Below, in pieces: positions 44,516-52,362 of a stretch of 64,000 nt of DNA (within the stretch, counting starts at the first letter, position 1; every line of letters begins with the position of its first letter). Source of the DNA: Firmicutes bacterium UBA2203 (GTDB lineage: Bacteria > Bacillota > Desulfotomaculia > Desulfotomaculales > Nap2-2B); contig DCUX01000008.1 of assembly GCA_002327235.1 (NCBI GenBank), positions 62,845-126,844 on the forward strand. Reading direction: 5' to 3'. The notes below the pieces were generated by a model that saw only the letters and a list, made by a program, of their open reading frames with translations, searched no databases and was not told the DNA's origin. Position numbers and translations under genes: made by a program.

Positions 44516-45184
44516 ATGGCGGAGGACTTCGTAGCTTTTTGGCATGAAGAGGCCAACAAAATGCTGGTGGGAAACATACTACTATCTTCCGATAGGGGCA
44601 AAAATAAAGCCGTATATGATTTTGCCCGGGGTGAAAATTTTTCCTCAAAGCTAAAGAAATTTAAAATTAAGGCAATTATTTACCCTATAAAAGAGCCGGT
44701 TAATTTAGATTTTTTAAAACAGCTAAAAGAAACCCATTCCAAGGCCCTATTAATTGGCCTGATTGACCAGAATTATCCCCTTGACCATAACGCTACAAAC
44801 CTCTTCAGCCAATTTGATTGCCTCCTGCCTTCCACCATTTTACCCAATCAATTAACCAAAATAGTTGCTTTAATCCTAAAAGGTAATCTATGTATCCCAA
44901 GGTTCTTACTAAAAAGCGCGCAAAAAGCCTCAAAGGAAGGACAGGCTTTAAAAAAACCGGGACCGGAAAGCAAAAATGATAAAAATAGTTTTTCTTTAAC
45001 CACCCGGGAAGCTGAAATCTTTCAATTGGTTAGTAAGGGTTATTCCAATAATGAAATTGCCCAAGAACTGTTTTTAAGTCTTTCTACCGTAAAATCCCAC
45101 ATCTACCGCATTTTTCGTAAATCATCCTTTACCAATCGTGTGCAAACGATCATTTATCAGTACCAAAAAGGAGGTTATCTTTAA
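44516..45184 (+). CDS. Second LuxR/GerE-type HTH regulator with degenerate receiver-like N-domain
   Basis: C-terminal LTTREAEIFQLVSKGYSNNEIAQELFLSLSTVKSHIYRIF. No DD pocket or phospho-Asp recognisable. ATG 44516 follows AAGGAGCGGAGG. Confidence 0.8.
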   Translation: MAEDFVAFWHEEANKMLVGNILLSSDRGKNKAVYDFARGENFSSKLKKFKIKAIIYPIKEPVNLDFLKQLKETHSKALLIGLIDQNYPLDHNATNLFSQFDCLLPSTILPNQLTKIVALILKGNLCIPRFLLKSAQKASKEGQALKKPGPESKNDKNSFSLTTREAEIFQLVSKGYSNNEIAQELFLSLSTVKSHIYRIFRKSSFTNRVQTIIYQYQKGGYL

Positions 45185-45229
45185 AATATTTAGGTAAATA
45201 GGCTAAATTTAGAGAAAAAGGTGAGTTAT

Positions 45230-45643
45230 ATGCAGCGTATAAGACTAATGTTAATAAATTCTCCTGCTTTAAAATCTATTTTTACTAATTATAATATTTT
45301 TGAAATTGTTACGGCCGTAGAAGCAAATGATTTAAATCTTGCTCAGGATGAAGCCCGGCGTTTACAGCCCGACGCTATTATTTATAGGGCCGGGAACAAA
45401 GAAAAAATACCCCTGGAACTGCTCAGTAAAATAAAAGAGGTCTGCCCTTTATCCCTAATGATTATTTTTGCTACTTCAGAAACTCCTGAATGGGTGGCGG
45501 CGGCCCTTAAAGCGGGGGCGGACAGCTACCTTTTAGATGAAAACATGCTGCCGGCGGAAATAGCCGAAGCGGTAGAACTCATCTGCCGGGCTAAAGTTTG
45601 CTTTTTCCCGGCCTCGGTCAAAGAATTATTTAAACAAATTTAA
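45230..45643 (+). CDS. Stand-alone receiver-like domain protein (degenerate)
   Basis: 137 aa. REC-like beta/alpha pattern (..LQPDAIIYRAG.., ..MIIFATSE.., ..ALKAGADSYLL) without the N-terminal acidic pair. Confidence 0.5.
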   Translation: MQRIRLMLINSPALKSIFTNYNIFEIVTAVEANDLNLAQDEARRLQPDAIIYRAGNKEKIPLELLSKIKEVCPLSLMIIFATSETPEWVAAALKAGADSYLLDENMLPAEIAEAVELICRAKVCFFPASVKELFKQI

Positions 45644-45685
45644 AAACATTTGTCATTTTTAAAAAAGAAAGGGGGATTTAAAGGA

Positions 45686-46690
45686 ATGAGAGGAAAAGGC
45701 TTTGTTTTTATGCTTTTAAGGTTATTAATTTTAGCCGCCGCGGCCTTTGGCCTGGCCGGCTGGTCCTACGCCATGGATATTAACTGCAATGTTCAGAATA
45801 CAGATGTTGTCTGGGAGCTTAGGGTAATTCCTGACCTTGAGCTGGTTAATTATTCTTATATGGGCAAAGATGCAGGAAATGACTGGACCTGTGACCCCGG
45901 TCTTGAAAATATCCGCCAGATAGGTGAAGACAAAGGTTCTACTACCGGCGAGTTTAAAGATGAAAACGGCGATAGTAAGCTGGATTTATTAACCGTAAAG
46001 GTTATTAACATTTATCCCTGCTACTATAACGAAGTGAGTATGAAAGTATACAACGGGGGAAGTGAACCAATTACCATGCCTCAACCGGTATTGCACTGGC
46101 TGGGTCAGGAAATTCCCCTGGAAGATGGAATGGTGACTACGGTTTATGACCCGGAAGGAAAGGCGGTAATGGAGCTTTGTTGGTTAAACAATACCGGTAA
46201 GGTGCTTTACCCCGGCAAAAAGTTTGAGGAAGTTTTTGAGTTTCACTTTATCGCCCCGCCGGCAACACCCCCTGAAATTACCGGCCTTACCCCCGGTTAC
46301 TGGAAAAACTGGCGCAACCACTATACGGCCGAGCAATTTAATGCCCTTTTAAAGTCAACCATTGCTCCAGATATAGCTACGGCAGATAAAATCTTTAGTC
46401 ATTACAGTGCTGCCCCGGGTAAAGAAATAACCATCCTCAAGGCTCACCTGTTAGCCGCCCAGCTAACCCTGAACCTGACCAAAATGCCTGAACTGCCTAA
46501 CCCTGACGGGGCCTGTCTGACTGAAAGCAGCAAGGTAGAATGGCAAGGAGGGGTAATAACCGTTGGCGAGGCCGTAAAGAGAGCGCTGGATATTTTAGCC
46601 AATCCTGCGGCCTATACCCGGGAGCAGATTTTGCAGGTAAAGGACCTGTTGGATATGATAAACAACCTAAAAATTCCTACTAAAGGATGA
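45686..46690 (+). CDS. Secreted two-domain protein: TasA-like/GNDWTCD jelly-roll domain plus helical C-domain
   Basis: Signal peptide ending AFGLAGWSYA (SipW-cognate-like). Paralogous to 50730-51398 over YMGKDAGNDWTCD...DENGDSKLDL...YPCYYNE...ELCWLNN...FEEVFEFH. Confidence 0.6.
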   Translation: MRGKGFVFMLLRLLILAAAAFGLAGWSYAMDINCNVQNTDVVWELRVIPDLELVNYSYMGKDAGNDWTCDPGLENIRQIGEDKGSTTGEFKDENGDSKLDLLTVKVINIYPCYYNEVSMKVYNGGSEPITMPQPVLHWLGQEIPLEDGMVTTVYDPEGKAVMELCWLNNTGKVLYPGKKFEEVFEFHFIAPPATPPEITGLTPGYWKNWRNHYTAEQFNALLKSTIAPDIATADKIFSHYSAAPGKEITILKAHLLAAQLTLNLTKMPELPNPDGACLTESSKVEWQGGVITVGEAVKRALDILANPAAYTREQILQVKDLLDMINNLKIPTKG

Positions 46691-46918
46691 TTATGATTTA
46701 GATTTTTCATACCAATGACTGATAGGAAAACATTTTTATTTTTTAGAAAATCTAAGGGAAGAAGTGGCAAATTTTATTAGGAGGTGAAAAAAGTTCTAAG
46801 AAACAAAAAATGTTTCTAAAAGGTGGTGATGATTAAACAGGGATTTATCAAAAGAAATCCCCTTCGCGCATTATAAGTGTGGTTATTATTACCATAAAAT
46901 CTCAAAGGAGGAGAAAAA

Positions 46919-48901
46919 ATGACCAAAAAATTTGGCAGTTTGTTTCTTTGTTTAATGCTCATCATTTCAGCCACAATAATGATTATGCCTTCCCCGGCGG
47001 CTAACGCCAATTGCACCGGCCCAAATTGCCGGACTTATACCCTGGACGCTGATTTTGACGAAGGAGTACTTAACGGCGTAGAACATGAAACTGTCCATGA
47101 CCAACTGCAGTTGGCTAAAAAGCCATTTGCCTTGCCTTTTATCTGGGTGCCCAATTCAAACGAGGGGACAATCTCTAAAGTTTCCACGGAACCACCCTAT
47201 AATGAATTGGGACGCTACCGGGTTACCCCTCCGGGTTTACCCGCCAATGGCAGCCCTTCCCGCACAACAGTTGACCAGCAGGGCAATTGTTGGGTAGGTA
47301 ACAGGCAGGCCGGAACAGTGGTCAAGGTGGGTCTTTTGGAAGCCGGAAACTGGATAGACAGAAACGGCAACGGTGTTTGCGACACATCCCGGGACATTAA
47401 CAATGATGGAAATATTACCGGCGGTGAACTTTTACCCTGGGGACAGGATGAGTGCGTTCTTTATGAAGTGGTCTTAATTGAAGGCCATCAAGGTACTTAT
47501 GTTCCTGGCACATACCCCGGGCCGTACGATACAGATTACTGGGGTACATCACCAAGGGGACTGGCCGTTGACCAAAATAACAACGTCTGGGCAGGAACCT
47601 GGTCATCCCATAAGTTTTACCATATCAACAGCGCTACAGGACAGATTATCAATGCTGATACCATGGATGTTGCCCCTCATAGTTCTTACGGGGTGGTAAT
47701 GGATAAGTACGGCATGCTCTGGTCGGCCCAATTAGGCACAGAAATTCTTAGAATTAACCCGGCAAACCCGGCGGATAAAATAACGATCCCTCTTAACCAC
47801 ACATACGGAATTGGCCTTGATTATCAGGACCACTTGTTTGTTGGGGGAAGCAACAAACTTACCAAAATTAACATTACCACCGGTACAGTACTATGGACAA
47901 AAGGGGCAAGTACTTCACAGGGTGTTTGCTGCACCAGCGATAATGATGTTTGGGTTGATGCGGGAGATAATTGGGTATACCGGTATGATAATGAGGGTAA
48001 CAATAAAGCACAATTTAATGTGGGCAACAACCCGACGGGAGTGGCCGTTGATGCCGCAGGCAAAGTCTGGGCCTGTAATGTCGGGGATGAATATATTACC
48101 CGGATAAACCCGGCTGACAATACAATAATGGCTCAAAAACAAATAATCGGCGGCTACCATTACAGTTACAGCGACATGACCGGCATGGTTTCAGGGTCAA
48201 TCACGGTTAAAAAAGGGACCTGGGAGGTCGTCTATGACAGCGGGGTTAATGATACTCCATGGGGCACAATTTGTTGGAACAGCTCTGAACCCCCCGGGAC
48301 ATCCATCACCGTTCAGGCCATGAGTTCAAATGACGGCGTTAACTATTCACCGGCCGAAAATGCAACCAACGGCATTCCTTTAAGCACCACGCCAAACGGG
48401 CGGTATTTAAAAGCGATTGTTACTTTTACCATAACCAGTGGCGACATTTCCCCCATTCTCTATGATTTAACCATCTGTTCAAAAGCACCGCCAAGCGGCC
48501 GCTGGGAGATTTATAATTACAAGCAAAAGGATACGGGAAATGACTGGACCTGTGATGAAAACTTTGAAAACATTGTCCAGTTGCCTACAAACACCGCCGA
48601 CACGACAATTACCCTGGAAGACACTAATGGCGACGGCAAAAACGACAAGGCCAATATTACCGTGAAAAACGGCTTTCCTACGTATTATAACTCGATTGTC
48701 CTGGATGTAAAAAACATTGGGACCCTTCCCATAAAACTGGCGAACGTAAAAATCATTGCTCCTGATCAAATCCAGTACATGATGCTGGAAAGCCCCAGCA
48801 GCATCATTAAACCAGGCAAGAGAAGAGCCATCGGCATAGACTTCAGGGTTTGGGACGGTGCCCCGCCGCAGGGGGATTACACCATTACCGTTTCTTTGTA
48901 A
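46919..48901 (+). CDS. Secreted beta-propeller protein fused to a C-terminal GNDWTCD domain
   Basis: 660 aa. Sec signal (PAANA). Repeated G.(A/V).D....(V/L)W blades (GLAVDQNNNVWAG, GVVMDKYGMLWSA, GVAVDAAGKVWAC). The last ~140 aa are a close paralogue of 51664-52185. Confidence 0.7.
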   Translation: MTKKFGSLFLCLMLIISATIMIMPSPAANANCTGPNCRTYTLDADFDEGVLNGVEHETVHDQLQLAKKPFALPFIWVPNSNEGTISKVSTEPPYNELGRYRVTPPGLPANGSPSRTTVDQQGNCWVGNRQAGTVVKVGLLEAGNWIDRNGNGVCDTSRDINNDGNITGGELLPWGQDECVLYEVVLIEGHQGTYVPGTYPGPYDTDYWGTSPRGLAVDQNNNVWAGTWSSHKFYHINSATGQIINADTMDVAPHSSYGVVMDKYGMLWSAQLGTEILRINPANPADKITIPLNHTYGIGLDYQDHLFVGGSNKLTKINITTGTVLWTKGASTSQGVCCTSDNDVWVDAGDNWVYRYDNEGNNKAQFNVGNNPTGVAVDAAGKVWACNVGDEYITRINPADNTIMAQKQIIGGYHYSYSDMTGMVSGSITVKKGTWEVVYDSGVNDTPWGTICWNSSEPPGTSITVQAMSSNDGVNYSPAENATNGIPLSTTPNGRYLKAIVTFTITSGDISPILYDLTICSKAPPSGRWEIYNYKQKDTGNDWTCDENFENIVQLPTNTADTTITLEDTNGDGKNDKANITVKNGFPTYYNSIVLDVKNIGTLPIKLANVKIIAPDQIQYMMLESPSSIIKPGKRRAIGIDFRVWDGAPPQGDYTITVSL

Positions 48902-48914
48902 AGCCCGGCGGGTA

Positions 48915-48948
48915 AAAAACAGGGGGTTTTTTAAGCTCCCTGTTTTTT
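48915..48948 (+). terminator. Intrinsic terminator after the propeller gene
   Basis: AAAAACAGGG / CCCTGTTTTT 10-bp stem running into a T tract. Confidence 0.7.
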
Positions 48949-49282
48949 ACCAAATTTCCTACTAAAGTATGATTTTTAAAAGCCATTTTTCATACCAACG
49001 GCGGATAGATAAAAGTTTTTACTTGTTTTAAATTTAAGTTAAGGCCAATCAAACTAAAAAATGTAAAAAGGAGCCCTGATGATTTAAAGGAGGTGGGAGA
49101 AAAGCCCGGGGCAAAGAGGCAGGCCGGCAAGATTAGAAAGATAAGGCCAGATTGTCTTTGGGGCGTAAAAAGGGGAGAAGTTTTAGCGGAGCGGAGGAAA
49201 GGGTACTATTAAAATGAACGGGTTGGAAAAAAATCTAAAAAGTAAAAAATTAAAAAATTAAAAAGAAAGGGGATTAAACCTA

Positions 49283-49930
49283 ATGAAGAGGAAAACAGTA
49301 GTTATCTGTCTGATTGCCATGTTTGCCTTAGCGGCTATGGGCTTTGGCTTTGCCAAATGGTCAGACAGCGTGTCAATTGCCGCCACAGTGGAAACAGGTA
49401 AAGTATGCGTAGGTATTTTAGATGCAGGTGTTCTTGATCCAGGAGCCGACCCGCAACAAACTCCCGGACAAAACCCGGAAGGTAAAGATGTAGCCAAAAC
49501 TACCAGCACAAATATTGACAATAAATGCGAAAATGCTGGTGTGCAGTACTTCGCAAAAATTGAAGAGAAGATTGAAAATGCTTATCCCTGGTACAAAACC
49601 GGCAGCACAATTAAAATGGCTAACTGCGGCACCATCCCGGTAAAAATTGAAAAAATTGAGGCTGTATGGGATGACCCCGATGGAATAGCTGACTTTTTTA
49701 ACGTTGCAGAGTGGACACTTACAGATAATGGAGTAGTTGTTGGAACAGGCACTGGCCTTGATTCTCTTATGACTGCGTTAATTAAATACCAGCTTCATCC
49801 GGACCACGTTTTAACCCTTGATATTACAGGCTATTTTGCCGAAGAAGTCGGCACTGATATTATGCCAGAAGGCGCGAGCGCTACTGCAACAGTCACCGTT
49901 ACCGCCAGCCAGTGGAACGAAGTACCGTAA
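49283..49930 (+). CDS. TasA/camelysin-family protein with SipW-cognate-type signal peptide
   Basis: 215 aa. LAAMGFGFAKWSDSVS (compare TasA ..GGGTWAAFND), ENAYPWY..ANCGTIPVKI, and C-terminal VTASQWNEV (compare TasA FEATQWNG). Confidence 0.75.
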   Translation: MKRKTVVICLIAMFALAAMGFGFAKWSDSVSIAATVETGKVCVGILDAGVLDPGADPQQTPGQNPEGKDVAKTTSTNIDNKCENAGVQYFAKIEEKIENAYPWYKTGSTIKMANCGTIPVKIEKIEAVWDDPDGIADFFNVAEWTLTDNGVVVGTGTGLDSLMTALIKYQLHPDHVLTLDITGYFAEEVGTDIMPEGASATATVTVTASQWNEVP

Positions 49931-49950
49931 AAATCTTCTGCGGACAAAAT

Positions 49951-49982
49951 GTTAGTTGGGGCCTTTAAAGGCCCCAACTAAC
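49951..49982 (+). terminator. 13-bp perfect GC-rich hairpin without T tract after the first TasA-like gene
   Basis: GTTAGTTGGGGCC-TTTAAA-GGCCCCAACTAAC. Confidence 0.5.
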
Positions 49983-50051
49983 AAGCTTAAAAAAGTGGTT
50001 ATTAAACTAAAAAGAGTAAGCACGTTTTAAAGGGAAAAAGGAAGGTAAACC

Positions 50052-50702
50052 ATGAAGAAAATTTTGCTTGTATTCTTTAGCGGAATATTTGCCTTAGCGG
50101 CCATGGGCTTTGGTTTTGCCGGGTGGTCTGATGCCGTAAGCATGGAAAAGCATTTGGAAAGCGGCACGCTGGCCGTCGGCTTGAGGGGCCTGGAAGTGAA
50201 TGATTACGGCCCTGACCCCCGCCATCAGTGGTACCAGCCGGCCGAAGACATGCCGGCCGATATGGGAAGCATTTTCAATGTGGAGGGGCCGTATCTTTTT
50301 GACCTGGGGGGTACAGGTTACGCTGAAGAGGTAAGCATAAATATTTTTAATGCCTATCCCGGCTATGCCCCGGCCAGCACATTGGAAATAGCCAACGGGG
50401 GTACGGTGCCGGCCAAAATAGAAAGCCTTTCCATAAGCGATGAAAACAACCCGGCGGTAAATATCCAGCCGGCCGGCTGGGTCCTTACCCTACCTGAGGG
50501 AATGCCGCTTTCCGGTCAGGACTTGAGTTCCTTGCAGGAAGCAATAAAGGGTACGGTAATCGACCCGGGGCAAAAAATGCGCCTGGAATGGCAATTTAAT
50601 ATCTTCGGCGCCGGAATGTCCGGCTTTTATACGAGCAAAATTAAAGTTAACTATAGTGTCTGGAATGAGGTTAATTCCTGGCGTAAGTTAAGTTATGATT
50701 AA
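50052..50702 (+). CDS. TasA/camelysin-family protein with SipW-cognate-type signal peptide
   Basis: 216 aa. LAAMGFGFAGWSDAVS, NAYPGY..ANGGTVPAKI, C-terminal NYSVWNEV. Confidence 0.75.
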   Translation: MKKILLVFFSGIFALAAMGFGFAGWSDAVSMEKHLESGTLAVGLRGLEVNDYGPDPRHQWYQPAEDMPADMGSIFNVEGPYLFDLGGTGYAEEVSINIFNAYPGYAPASTLEIANGGTVPAKIESLSISDENNPAVNIQPAGWVLTLPEGMPLSGQDLSSLQEAIKGTVIDPGQKMRLEWQFNIFGAGMSGFYTSKIKVNYSVWNEVNSWRKLSYD

Positions 50703-50729
50703 AAATTTTAAGGAAAGGAGGGCTCTTAA

Positions 50730-51398
50730 TTGAAAAGAACCGCAGTGGTATGTGTAATTGCTTTGCTGGCTCTGGCTATCATGGGTTTTGGCTTTGCCAA
50801 ATGGTCGGACAACGTGTCCATAAGTGCGGCGGCCCAAAGCGGTAAGTTGAGCTGGGGATTTGTGCCTGGTTCAGATATGGGTAAGGATGCCGGTCCCGAC
50901 TGGACCTGCGACACCTGCCTGGAAAATGTACGGCCGTCCCCGGAAGGCAAGGACGTGGGTTCCACCACAACAGGGCTTAGCGACACAAACGGGGACGGCG
51001 TGCTTGATTTGTTCACCGTGGATGTTAAAAATGCTTATCCCTGCTACTACAACGAATTAAGCGCCAAGGTGCAAAACTTTGGCACCATTCCGGTGATCAT
51101 TCAAATAGCAAAATTAACCTGGATGGGCCACACTTTAAACCTGGAAGACGGTACGGTCTATTGGCTGGGCAAAGACGGTCAGGTTATTGAACAGCCAGAA
51201 GACCCGCCAGACCTTCACGTAGGAGATAACTGGGTAATGGAGTTTTGTTGGATGAACAATGCTGGACATCAGCAGCATCCCGGCCAAAAGTTTGAAGAAT
51301 CATTTGAATTTCATGTCCTCCAGCCGGCGGAACAAAGTACTACTTATACATTTAGCATTGGCGTAGAAGCCATCCAGTGGAATGAAAGTACAATTTAA
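50730..51398 (+). CDS. TasA/camelysin-family protein with GNDWTCD-type insertion and SipW-cognate-type signal peptide
   Basis: 222 aa, TTG start after AAGGAAAGGAGG. LAIMGFGFAKWSDNVS, DAGPDWTCDTC, DTNGDGVLDL, NAYPCYYNE, C-terminal VEAIQWNES. Confidence 0.75.
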   Translation: MKRTAVVCVIALLALAIMGFGFAKWSDNVSISAAAQSGKLSWGFVPGSDMGKDAGPDWTCDTCLENVRPSPEGKDVGSTTTGLSDTNGDGVLDLFTVDVKNAYPCYYNELSAKVQNFGTIPVIIQIAKLTWMGHTLNLEDGTVYWLGKDGQVIEQPEDPPDLHVGDNWVMEFCWMNNAGHQQHPGQKFEESFEFHVLQPAEQSTTYTFSIGVEAIQWNESTI

Positions 51399-51436
51399 AT
51401 TTAAAGAAAAAAGCTAAAGATAGATTTATTATGCAG

Positions 51437-51463
51437 GGCAGGTGAAAAACCTGCCTTTTTTTT
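51437..51463 (+). terminator. Intrinsic terminator
   Basis: GGCAGGT-GAAAA-ACCTGCC followed by T8. Confidence 0.8.
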
Positions 51464-51663
51464 GTAACTACATAAATATAAAAAATTAGCTTGACACCTA
51501 AAAAAATAATTGATATGTTTATGGAAAAATAGCCCTAAATATGTTTAAATTTATCCTGAAAGAGGTAGTAAAGAGGACAATTCCCAAAGGAAAAAACAGA
51601 AAGTATAGGAGGTGGGCTGTTTTTTAATAAAAATTAATATGGAAAAGGGGTTTTATATTTAAA

Positions 51664-52185
51664 ATGAAACCAAAAATATTATTTATTCTGGTCATGGTTG
51701 CCTTGCTGGCCTTAGGCCTAACCGGCGCAGCCTGGGCGGCCGCGGCCAATGGTCAAAACTGGATGATCTGCTCCAACATGCAGCAGGATACCGGAAACGA
51801 CTGGGTCTGTGATGAAAACTTTGAAAACATCCAGCAATTAGCAACGAATACCGCTCAAACAATTATTAGTTATCAGGATAACAACGGAGATGGAAAAAAC
51901 GATACGGCAATAGTCACGGTTGAAAAAGGATTTCCTTCCTATTATAATTCTTTAAGTCTGACGGTAAAAAATATCGGCAATATCCCGATAAGTATGAGCG
52001 AGGTAGTAATTGAAAACCTTAATCCGGAAAATCTTGAAATCAGAATACTGGAAAGTCCGCAGGGCACTATTAATCCGGGCAAAAGAAAGTCCATCGGGAT
52101 TGAATTCCGGGTTTCTGGTGCACCGGGAGAAGCAAACGGCTCATATAGCTTTATGGTTTATTTAAATCAAATTATGCCGGGCTGA
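51664..52185 (+). CDS. Small secreted GNDWVCD-domain protein (paralogue of the propeller protein C-domain)
   Basis: 173 aa. Signal peptide ..GLTGAAWAAAA. QQDTGNDWVCDENFENIQQL...DNNGDGKNDT...FPSYYNS...KNIGNIPI. Confidence 0.65.
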   Translation: MKPKILFILVMVALLALGLTGAAWAAAANGQNWMICSNMQQDTGNDWVCDENFENIQQLATNTAQTIISYQDNNGDGKNDTAIVTVEKGFPSYYNSLSLTVKNIGNIPISMSEVVIENLNPENLEIRILESPQGTINPGKRKSIGIEFRVSGAPGEANGSYSFMVYLNQIMPG

Positions 52186-52211
52186 AAATACTTAAAAAAA
52201 CCAAGTGAAGT

Positions 52212-52270
52212 AAGAAGAGGACTTAAAGGGGGGTTTTAATTTTTCCGGTTAAGTCCTCTTCTTTTAGTTT
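52212..52270 (+). terminator. Long-loop hairpin plus T tract after 51664-52185
   Basis: AAGAAGAGGACTT (52212-52224) pairs with AAGTCCTCTTCTT (52251-52263), followed by TTAGTTTTT. Confidence 0.5.
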
Positions 52271-52362
52271 TTAAAAAGCAGGTCTTTAAGTTTTTTTGTT
52301 TAAATGTTATATTTTGTTTGCAAGGAAATTTTTTTGCCCTCAGGCCAATTAAGAGGTGAAGA

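Noticed and set aside
44113-44601. ORFs 44113-44316 (+) and 44323-44601 (-)
   Set aside because: The first is translated straight through the MITE copy (RHRGTEG.., LCLCAFAPLCL repeat peptides). The second is antisense to the leader and 5' end of the LuxR-type gene and has no SD.
43430-45184. VpsT-like c-di-GMP binding motif W[FLM][TS]R in the LuxR-type pseudo-receivers
   Set aside because: I searched both protein sequences by eye and the motif is absent. The VpsT analogy is therefore kept only as architecture-level speculation.
47085-48769. Multiple 60-100-aa ORFs in other frames and strands inside the propeller gene
   Set aside because: All are nested in a 660-aa ORF with a signal peptide and repeated blade motifs. 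None has an SD or recognisable domains.
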